Shown: positions 9,864-15,996, counted from the first letter of the stretch. The stretch: 32,000 nucleotides of DNA from Erysipelotrichaceae bacterium (GCA_963676105.1 OY781039.1:990001-1022000), one strand, 5' to 3'. Numbers and translations: made by a program. The notes: generated from the sequence alone by a model not told the origin.

Positions 9864-10661
9864 TTATTGATATTTTGGTAAATCGATCATCGCTTTTTCA
9901 AGCGCATCAATACTCTTTAGCTCAACAACAATATCAATATCATTGTACTGTGTCGCAAATTGAAGTTCTTTTTTAAGATCAATTTCACCCTCACCTAGTG
10001 GCTTGTGATCCGCTTTCCCTAATACATCATGGAAATGCATATGTTGTATATCACTTTGATGAGCTTTTATAAAATCATCATCTACATAACCATAACGTTT
10101 ATTATGACCACAGTCATAGGTTAAACCAAATACTGGTGACTTTAATAAGAAATCAATTCCTTGTCGTACATAAGGTTTAAAGCCTTCTGTATTTTCACAA
10201 CAAACTTTTATGCCACTATCACCAATCGCAGCTTCCACTTTATCTCTAAAGACTTGAAGTCTTCCAATATAGTAATCAGTATATTTTTGATAGACATAAA
10301 TCTTTTCATTAGGAAGTGTAAAGACTACCCCTGGCAACATATGCATCGTTAAGCGTTTAATGTTTGCTTTCTTGGCAAATTCAATACTTTCTAAAACAGA
10401 ATTAATATAAGCATTACTAATCTTTTCATTCGGATCTGTAATCGATAAGTACTCATCTAGATGCATCGAAAAACGTATACCTGTTTTTTCTGTGATATCT
10501 AAAAGTTCTTGTGGATTCATTTTATCGACTTGAAACTCTGGGACATTACAGTTAATCTCAATAAAATCTAAGTTAAGTTTTTGACATAAGTCAACATTGG
10601 CTTGAAGTCCAGTTAACTCAAGCAGTGTGGGCATTCCAAATTTCATAGTGCTATTATACAT
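9864..10661 (-). CDS. Sugar phosphate isomerase/epimerase (xylose isomerase-like TIM barrel, AP_endonuc_2 family)
   Basis: 265-aa ORF with the family pattern (..FIEINCN.., ..KRLTMH.., ..CCEN.., ..DCGH.., ..HMHFHD..). The start is uncertain (M1 or M6) and no clear SD was seen. It lies 29 nt downstream of the anti-sigma gene, so co-transcription is likely. Confidence 0.75.
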   Translation of the reverse strand: MYNSTMKFGMPTLLELTGLQANVDLCQKLNLDFIEINCNVPEFQVDKMNPQELLDITEKTGIRFSMHLDEYLSITDPNEKISNAYINSVLESIEFAKKANIKRLTMHMLPGVVFTLPNEKIYVYQKYTDYYIGRLQVFRDKVEAAIGDSGIKVCCENTEGFKPYVRQGIDFLLKSPVFGLTYDCGHNKRYGYVDDDFIKAHQSDIQHMHFHDVLGKADHKPLGEGEIDLKKELQFATQYNDIDIVVELKSIDALEKAMIDLPKYQ

Positions 10662-10690
10662 GAAAGTTCAAATAAAAAGAGGAATGATGC

Positions 10691-11719
10691 TTAATCATCA
10701 TCTTCCTCTTCTTCATCATTTTCATTTTCGTTATATGAACCATCATCTCGATCATCTTTGTCATCTTCATCATAAAGATCAGGTTTATCTGATTCATCAA
10801 GATAATGTATCGTTCCGTCTTCTAATATAATCATGTCATCATCATCGCCATCATAATCAGGACCATGATGATGATATAAATCTTTAATATCTTCAACTAA
10901 ATCCTCTAAATCAACACCCTCCGTATTTAAACGATCTCGATAAGCACTCACATCAATGCCAGTGCTTTCAGCTTCAATCAATAAAGCATTAATAATGTCT
11001 TTTAATTGATCATCACTTTGATGTTCTGCAATTTCCTCTAATTGATCCATATAAGTAGAGTTCATCATAAACTCACTAATACTCATGGTTTCACCATTCA
11101 CTGAAATCGTACGATTCACCATATACAAACCTAAGGATATTTCTTGTTCTTCAGAATGTTTATAATCATCTTCATCAGCTTCAATGACATAGGTCTTCAC
11201 AGTACTATCTAAATTTTGATTTAAATAAAGTTCTTGTTGAACATTATTCAATAATTCTTGATTATCAACCCCAAAGGATACACTAGATACAACAATCACA
11301 TCATTAAGTGTATCTTCTAAATTCATATAGCCTAAGGCAATTGCTTGCTCAATGACATCATCTAAGACTAAAACAATGTTTTGATTTAACCATGTTGAAG
11401 TATCAAAACTTTCAGCCTCAACGTTTAACATTTTTATATCAACCACATTTTGTTCCATATCCGTATAAAACTCAAAACTAGGATTTACATCGACACTGAC
11501 AACACCATAAGCTCTTACTTGATTAGGTGAAATGATGCCACCCTCTTCTCTAATTGGATTAATATTAAAGAAAATAAGTAAAACCATAGCTATTGACATT
11601 ACTGGCACCATCCAACGTAAACGTAAGACAGGTTTCTTTTCAGGTGTATCTAAAATGGTTTTTAATAGTTCGTCTTCATTTAAAAATGTTTTATCAACAG
11701 CTCTTTTTAAATTTCCCAT
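10691..11719 (-). CDS. Single-pass membrane protein, putative anti-sigma factor with an RsgI-like middle domain and an acidic C-terminal tail
   Basis: It starts 4 nt after the sigma gene, with AGGAGG inside the sigma 3' end. About 35 aa are cytoplasmic, followed by a TM (WMVPVMSIAMVLLIFFNI). The ectodomain opens with YGVVSVDVNPSFEFYTDMEQNVVDIKMLNVEAE, which resembles the B. subtilis RsgI middle domain (..IDINPSVE..). The tail is ..LYHHHGPDYDGDDDD..DEDDKDDRDDGSYNENENDEEEEDDD. Confidence 0.55.
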   Translation of the reverse strand: MGNLKRAVDKTFLNEDELLKTILDTPEKKPVLRLRWMVPVMSIAMVLLIFFNINPIREEGGIISPNQVRAYGVVSVDVNPSFEFYTDMEQNVVDIKMLNVEAESFDTSTWLNQNIVLVLDDVIEQAIALGYMNLEDTLNDVIVVSSVSFGVDNQELLNNVQQELYLNQNLDSTVKTYVIEADEDDYKHSEEQEISLGLYMVNRTISVNGETMSISEFMMNSTYMDQLEEIAEHQSDDQLKDIINALLIEAESTGIDVSAYRDRLNTEGVDLEDLVEDIKDLYHHHGPDYDGDDDDMIILEDGTIHYLDESDKPDLYDEDDKDDRDDGSYNENENDEEEEDDD

Positions 11720-11722
11720 TTT

Positions 11723-12238
11723 TTACGCCTCCTTTATTATCATCTGTCTAAGTGTCTCTAACGCTCTATAATATCGTGTCTTAACACTATTTTCTTTAAC
11801 TATTAATTGCTCTGATATTTCTTTAAAACTCATCTCTAACTTAATCTTAGCGGTAATAATCCGCTGATCAAGTGGAGACAATTGAAGCAAAGCTTTTTCA
11901 ATGCGTTCAATTTCATATTGATTGAAGACCGATTCTTCTAAATCAAAATCATCGACAACTTGCTCAAGTTTATCTTCCCAATCATCATCAACCAAAATTG
12001 TCTTTGATTTCTGTTTATAAAACTTTGATAACTCATTCTTAGCAATCTGAATTAAATAAGCTTCAATATTATCAATATCTAATGATTTCTTTCTTAACTG
12101 AATATATAAATTGGTAAACACAGAAGAAACCACATCTTCCGCATCGCTCATTTGAGGTACTTTAAAAATAACAAACTTAGATATTTGTCCAAAGTACTTA
12201 CGATAAATGCTTTCAAAGTGGTTTACATTAAACTGCAT
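11723..12238 (-). CDS. ECF-type RNA polymerase sigma factor (sigma-70 regions 2 and 4 only)
   Basis: 171 aa. The region 2-like part is ..YRKYFGQISKFVIFKV..AEDVVSSVFTNLY... The region 4 HTH-like part is LSPLDQRIITAKIKLEMSFKEISEQLIVKENSVKTRYYRALETLR. Confidence 0.85.
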   Translation of the reverse strand: MQFNVNHFESIYRKYFGQISKFVIFKVPQMSDAEDVVSSVFTNLYIQLRKKSLDIDNIEAYLIQIAKNELSKFYKQKSKTILVDDDWEDKLEQVVDDFDLEESVFNQYEIERIEKALLQLSPLDQRIITAKIKLEMSFKEISEQLIVKENSVKTRYYRALETLRQMIIKEA

Positions 12239-12240
12239 AT

Positions 12241-13167
12241 TTAATCGTCATCTTCCTCGTCATCGTCATCATGATCATCGTCGTGATGGTCATCATCATC
12301 TTCATCGTCATAATCTCGACTATCACCATCATTATGAGATTCATAGTGATCATCATCGTCGTCATCATCATGATCTTCTCCACCAACTGTTGCGCCTGTT
12401 GTCGTATCAGCGACTGCTGTAGTTGCACTTGTTGTAGGACTAGAGGTAACTGTTGTGGTCGTTGTTGTCTCATGGGTTGTGACTGATGCACCTGTTACCG
12501 TATCAGCTGGTGCAGGACTTGTACTAATCACAAAGTTCCCATTTGAATCAACACTTGCCGTTGAAGTTGTGGCAGTCGTTTCGTTGGCAGGGATAGTTGA
12601 TCCTGTTGTGGTATCAGCAGTTTGATCGACTACAACTGTATTACCATTTGCATCTGTTGTCGTTAAGACTGTATATTGATTGCCTGTAATTGGATCAGTC
12701 ATTACAGATTCTGTGGTTGCGCCTGTCGTCGTATCAACTACTTGATCAACCACTACTGTATTACCATTTGCGTCAACTGTTGTAAGTACAGTATACTCCT
12801 CACCAGTCACTGGGTCAGTCATAACAGTTTCTGTTGTCGTCCCTGTCGTTGTATCTACTGGAACTTCAACTAGTTGCGTTGTTGTTGTCCCATCAGGATT
12901 TGTTACTGTGATTTCTTGCGTCACTGTTTCAGTTGTGGTAGTCGCAGCTGTTTGTGTATCTGCAATACTCGCAATATATTGATCATATCGTTCTGTAAAG
13001 CTATTCAAGTTAGCGAGTTGAGGAATGGCTTGTACAATCGCACTGTTTTGACCAATGTCTGATTGGATCCATTCAATCGCTTTATCTTCGATAACACCAA
13101 TCCCAACACCAACACCGATTGTGCCTACTGTAATTGATGTAATTTTTAAAATGTGTAAAAGTTTCAT
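12241..13167 (-). CDS. N-terminally anchored Thr-rich repeat protein with a poly-Asp/His C-terminal tail
   Basis: SD GGGAGA precedes the ATG. The hydrophobic N-terminus is ITSITVGTIGVGVGIGVI. There are 40-aa tandem repeats. Of the last 45 residues, 27 are D, 5 are E and 6 are H. The stop lies 2 nt before the sigma gene start, so this is the first gene of the sigma operon. Confidence 0.8.
   Translation of the reverse strand: MKLLHILKITSITVGTIGVGVGIGVIEDKAIEWIQSDIGQNSAIVQAIPQLANLNSFTERYDQYIASIADTQTAATTTTETVTQEITVTNPDGTTTTQLVEVPVDTTTGTTTETVMTDPVTGEEYTVLTTVDANGNTVVVDQVVDTTTGATTESVMTDPITGNQYTVLTTTDANGNTVVVDQTADTTTGSTIPANETTATTSTASVDSNGNFVISTSPAPADTVTGASVTTHETTTTTTVTSSPTTSATTAVADTTTGATVGGEDHDDDDDDDHYESHNDGDSRDYDDEDDDDHHDDDHDDDDEEDDD
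12598..12858 (-). repeat. In-frame tandem repeat, 120-nt period, about 2.2 copies
   Basis: 12739-12858 and 12619-12738 align, for example ..ctgtattaccatttgc.. at a 120-nt offset. They encode VDTTTG(T/A)TTE(T/S)VMTDP(V/I)TG..YTVLTT.DANGNTVVVDQ.., and a third partial copy begins ADTTTGS. Confidence 0.9.
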
Positions 13168-13233
13168 ACAAATTCTCCCTTTTACTAACTACGAGTGTCC
13201 ATTGAATAGAATAGTTTCAAAAAACATATATTT

Positions 13234-13267
13234 TTGTCTAAGTTTTGTGACATTTAAACTTTAAACT
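13234..13267 (+). promoter_or_regulatory. Composite promoter P1: phased direct repeats, 10 bp, then -10
   Basis: TTGTCT(13234-39)-aagtt-TTGTGAC(13245-51)-atttaaactt-TAAACT(13262-67). P2 and P3 have the same geometry. Confidence 0.55.
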
Positions 13268-13276
13268 AAGTCTCGA

Positions 13277-13400
13277 GTTGAAAGGATAAACACAAAACAA
13301 TCACATAAACAAAACCAAAGGAATCAAAATTTGTTCCTCTTTGCATGGTTTTGCGTAATAAAGTAATGGTTCCCTACATAAACCGCTTTATCCTTTCAAC
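13277..13400 (+). promoter_or_regulatory. Structured 5' leader of the 13424 gene, closed by a perfect 14-bp long-range helix
   Basis: gttgaaaggataaa (13277-13290) is the exact reverse complement of tttatcctttcaac (13387-13400). An inner imperfect hairpin pairs aaaaccaaagga with tcctctttgcatggtttt (13311-13352). Confidence 0.5.
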
Positions 13401-13423
13401 CCCTTAAAATCTTGGAGAAACAT

Positions 13424-14188
13424 ATGAAAATCAAAACAATTATTATTGGACTCGCGATTGCCTTGGTAGGTGTCGCAGCAATTTATTACTTAGAAACCGA
13501 CGAAGAAGAACATGGCGATAATGAAGGTATTAGTTTAAGTCTGAGTGATGATGAAGGAATAAATGCAGAAGATGCTTATAGCATTTCTGGAAACACATCC
13601 ATCTTAGAAGTATCAGAAGTATTCAATATTGATGAAGCCATTCTTAAAGAAGCTTTCTGTTTAGGTGATGAAGTTGACATCAGTAACTTTGAAACACGTG
13701 ATCTTGAACATTACTATCTAAACTTAGATGAGAGTGTTGAAGTTGGTAATGAAGCAATGCAAGGTTTTGTCGCTTTGTATAATGGCTTAGACTTTGAACT
13801 CGAGGATATCTATTTAACAACAGAAGGAATTGCCTTATTAAATGAACATGGAAAATTAAGTACAGAACAACAAGGCTATTTTGAAAGTCACGCAGTTGAA
13901 ATTACAGAAGTTAGCTTAGCTGATGTTGAAACAGATTCAGAATCAGATGGTAATTACTCAGGAAACACTACCTTACAAGATGTCATCAACTCTGGGATAA
14001 CATTAGAAGAGATTGAAATGATTACTGGTATAGAAATTAGCGAAAAAAATATTCTACTAAGAGATTATGCTGAAGATAATGGTTTATCTTACGGTGGACT
14101 TAAAGAAGATCTACAAGATTACTACATTATTAATGTCTTAGGCATGACTTTAGAAGAATACGATGAAACGCACGAAGATGATCATTAA
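13424..14188 (+). CDS. Hyperacidic membrane-anchored protein of unknown function
   Basis: ATG at 13424 follows GGAG (13414-17); the track start at 13412 is TTG. The N-terminal TM is IKTIIIGLAIALVGVAAIYYL. The remainder is D/E-rich, with two internal repeats around SGNT(S/T)(I/L)..V. The protein ends ..EEYDETHEDDH. Confidence 0.75.
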   Translation: MKIKTIIIGLAIALVGVAAIYYLETDEEEHGDNEGISLSLSDDEGINAEDAYSISGNTSILEVSEVFNIDEAILKEAFCLGDEVDISNFETRDLEHYYLNLDESVEVGNEAMQGFVALYNGLDFELEDIYLTTEGIALLNEHGKLSTEQQGYFESHAVEITEVSLADVETDSESDGNYSGNTTLQDVINSGITLEEIEMITGIEISEKNILLRDYAEDNGLSYGGLKEDLQDYYIINVLGMTLEEYDETHEDDH

Positions 14189-14213
14189 AAAATAACACAA
14201 AAAGTCCAAACTA

Positions 14214-14247
14214 TTGTCATATTATTGTCACAATTCATTGGTATTCT
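14214..14247 (+). promoter_or_regulatory. Composite promoter P2: phased direct repeats, 10 bp, then -10
   Basis: TTGTCA(14214-19)-tatta-TTGTCAC(14225-31)-aattcattgg-TATTCT(14242-47). Confidence 0.55.
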
Positions 14248-14357
14248 AAGAGTGTACCAAAGAGGTATAGGTTAAATCCTTGCAGAAATAATGAATGCAA
14301 CACAACAACCCATAACCCCACAAACTTATACCCTTTGGTTAACACTCCCTTTTTCAT
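14235..14357 (-). CDS. Candidate small hydrophobic protein (40 aa), antisense to candidate sRNA 1
   Basis: Below the track's size cutoff. Minus strand AAAAGGGGG-ttttt-ATG. Hand translation: MKKGVLTKGYKFVGLWVVVLHSLFLQGFNLYLFGTLLEYQ*. The N-terminus is basic and is followed by one TM-length hydrophobic stretch. Confidence 0.4.
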   Translation of the reverse strand: MKKGVLTKGYKFVGLWVVVLHSLFLQGFNLYLFGTLLEYQ

Positions 14358-14411
14358 AAAAACCCCCTTTTATAAAGAAACTCAAATGATAAGCAGCATT
14401 TGAGTTTTTTT
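14254..14411 (+). ncRNA. Candidate sRNA 1 (approximate 5' end), from P2 to an intrinsic terminator
   Basis: A long imperfect helix (about 19 bp) pairs 14250-14269 with 14327-14347. Next comes the unpaired CU-rich segment ctttttcataaaaaccccc (14349-). The terminator is ctcaaatg(14381-88)/catttgag(14397-404) followed by T7. Confidence 0.5.
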
Positions 14412-14461
14412 ATTTCATAAAATTAAACGCCTATAAACAAGTTCACAAAACCTTCACAGCT

Positions 14462-14495
14462 ATGTCTTATAATTGTCACATTCACTTGTTAAACT
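14462..14495 (+). promoter_or_regulatory. Composite promoter P3: phased direct repeats, 10 bp, then -10
   Basis: ATGTCT(14462-67)-tataa-TTGTCAC(14473-79)-attcacttgt-TAAACT(14490-95). Confidence 0.55.
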
Positions 14496-14501
14496 TTAAT
14501 T

Positions 14502-14590
14502 GTTCAAAAGAAAACATCTATTGAACAAAAACTTTTTCATAAAAATCCCTTCTTAAAAATTCCGTATGAACAGCAGCATGCGGTTTTTTT
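14502..14590 (+). ncRNA. Candidate sRNA 2 (approximate 5' end), a shorter paralog of sRNA 1
   Basis: The 5' hairpin is ttgttcaa(14500-07)/ttgaacaa(14521-28). It is followed by ctttttcataaaaatccc (14532-49). The terminator is ccgtatg(14562-68)/catgcgg(14577-83) followed by T7. The block 14532-14590 aligns with 14349-14411. Confidence 0.5.
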
Positions 14591-14606
14591 ATGTCAAAAA
14601 GCTAAG

Positions 14607-14615
14607 TGCTATAAT
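14607..14615 (+). promoter_or_regulatory. Extended -10 promoter of the lipoprotein gene
   Basis: TGcTATAAT lies 84 nt upstream of the ATG at 14699. Confidence 0.5.
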
Positions 14616-14698
14616 GGAAATAAAGAAGTGTTGAAGCACTAATGTATAAACATAATAATTGTTTTTAAAAGTGTATTTGACAGTTAGTGAGGGAATGT

Positions 14699-15964
14699 AT
14701 GAAAAAGATTATTAAATTTGCCTTAGTCATGTTTTTAAGCATGACTTTTTTAGTCGCTTGTTCAAGTAGCGATACATCGGGTGGTGAAGTCATTGAAGAT
14801 GCGCAAGATGAAGTGATTGAAGAAGTAGATGAAACACAAGTCTATGCGATCGTACAACTTAGTGTAAATCCAACACTTGCCTTCAATGTAAACTGGTATA
14901 AAAAGGTCGTTAGTGTTGAACCAGTAAACACAGATGCAGAAATTTTAGATACTACAGACTATGTTGGCATGGATGTTGATGAAGCGATTGAAGCCTCAGT
15001 GGAGCAAATGGAAGAACTAGAAATTATAAATTTAAGTGACTTAGAAGCTGATTATGCACTCATTACTTCAGCCATCACTGATGATGCATCAGAAACGTAT
15101 CGTGCAGAATTACAGGAAAAAATCCAAGCACGGATTGACTATACGGGTCCTTTATCATCGATGAATGTGGCACAGATGGAAATCGATATGGCGACTCAAG
15201 ATGCCGCAGATAAAGCGATGATCTCAGCCATTGACTATGTTATTGATATGGATACATCTCATGAAGATGGTGAATACTTTAATATTGCCCGTATCTTTCA
15301 AGAAGAAAGTTTAACTGAACAACTCATGGCGACACATTCATTAAGTATTACTGAAGAATCTTTAGAAAATATGAGAGGTAATATTGAAACTGCCTTAGCG
15401 GATTTAGAAAGTCAAGGATATGAGGTAGAATATATCCGTCAAATGATGAATGAGGGAGAAGATACGGTAAACATGCTTCAAACGGTTCAATCAGAAATCA
15501 TAGATTTTAGACAAGTTAAAGAAGAAGAAAAGAAAGCCGCTGAAGAAGCAGCTGCCAAAGCGGCTGAGGGCATCAGTGTTAATAATGTATCCATTTCAAA
15601 ATCCGGTATGCCTACTGTCTTTAATATTACAGTTGATGCTGATGAAGCGGTAAGTGTTTATGTCTTAGTTGAAGCCGATAATGTCTATGCTTCAAATTCA
15701 TACAGCGCATCACAAGTTATTAATGGACAATCTCCAGCTGCAGGACAAAATGGCTATATAGTTATTCATGAAGTATTTAGTCATTCAGGAAGTGGTTCAC
15801 AAAGCTTTACTCTTAATATGGCAAACTATATGGATAATGATGGAGGCGATGCGCAGCCTGATGATGGAAATGGCCCACCAGAAGGTGAAAGCGGTGGTGT
15901 ACCAGTTGCCCTTGTTGTCTGTAAAGATGCAGATGGTAACGTCACAGAGATTACTGCTCAATAA
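14699..15964 (+). CDS. Acidic lipoprotein with an RsgI-middle-like domain (paralog of the anti-sigma ectodomain)
   Basis: ATG at 14699 follows GAGGGA; the track start at 14687 is GTG. The lipobox is MKKIIKFALVMFLSMTFLVAC|SSS. VYAIVQLSVNPTLAFNVNWYKKVVSVEPVNTDAEIL aligns with YGVVSVDVNPSFEFYTDMEQNVVDIKMLNVEAESF of 10691..11719. Confidence 0.8.
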   Translation: MKKIIKFALVMFLSMTFLVACSSSDTSGGEVIEDAQDEVIEEVDETQVYAIVQLSVNPTLAFNVNWYKKVVSVEPVNTDAEILDTTDYVGMDVDEAIEASVEQMEELEIINLSDLEADYALITSAITDDASETYRAELQEKIQARIDYTGPLSSMNVAQMEIDMATQDAADKAMISAIDYVIDMDTSHEDGEYFNIARIFQEESLTEQLMATHSLSITEESLENMRGNIETALADLESQGYEVEYIRQMMNEGEDTVNMLQTVQSEIIDFRQVKEEEKKAAEEAAAKAAEGISVNNVSISKSGMPTVFNITVDADEAVSVYVLVEADNVYASNSYSASQVINGQSPAAGQNGYIVIHEVFSHSGSGSQSFTLNMANYMDNDGGDAQPDDGNGPPEGESGGVPVALVVCKDADGNVTEITAQ

Positions 15965-15970
15965 AAACGT

Positions 15971-15996
15971 AAACGGATCAAATTTGATCCGTTTTT
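15971..15996 (+). terminator. Intrinsic terminator of the lipoprotein gene
   Basis: The perfect palindrome aaacggatcaa-at-ttgatccgttt is followed by a T-run. Confidence 0.8.

Noticed and set aside
12207-12491. His-rich or Met/Ile-rich ORFs (12207..12422 +, 12271..12486 +, 12228..12491 -) and the similar 10627..10830 +
   Set aside because: These are alternative-frame or antisense readings of the GAT/GAC/GAA-rich DNA encoding the poly-Asp tails. They have no SD and lie fully inside better-supported genes.
13190-13219. SigW-like ECF promoter TGAAAC...CGTA on the minus strand upstream of the sigma operon
   Set aside because: The spacer is 20 nt versus the 16-17 nt typical of ECF promoters. With a single occurrence I cannot support it.
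14291-14359. Plus-strand 22-codon ORF (MNATQQPITPQTYTLWLTLPFS) inside candidate sRNA 1, and a 20-codon ORF at 13345..13407 in the P1 leader
   Set aside because: Neither has an SD at a usable distance. The two peptides show no similarity. They are more likely chance ORFs in structured RNA.
13246-14480. Reading the TGTCACA heptamers as an ECF -35, as in the ECF41-type motif TGTCACA-N16-CGTC (as I recall it)
   Set aside because: No CGTC or any conserved element sits 16-17 nt downstream in any copy. The sigma here lacks the ECF41 C-terminal extension. The upstream phased half-site and the N10-TAWWCT geometry are conserved in all three copies, which fits an activator box better. This is kept only as an alternative to test.
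14200-14600. The repeated units as a CRISPR array or a transposon-end remnant
   Set aside because: There are only two or three diverged copies, each with promoter-like and terminator elements. No regular repeat-spacer periodicity is present, and no cas or transposase genes are adjacent.
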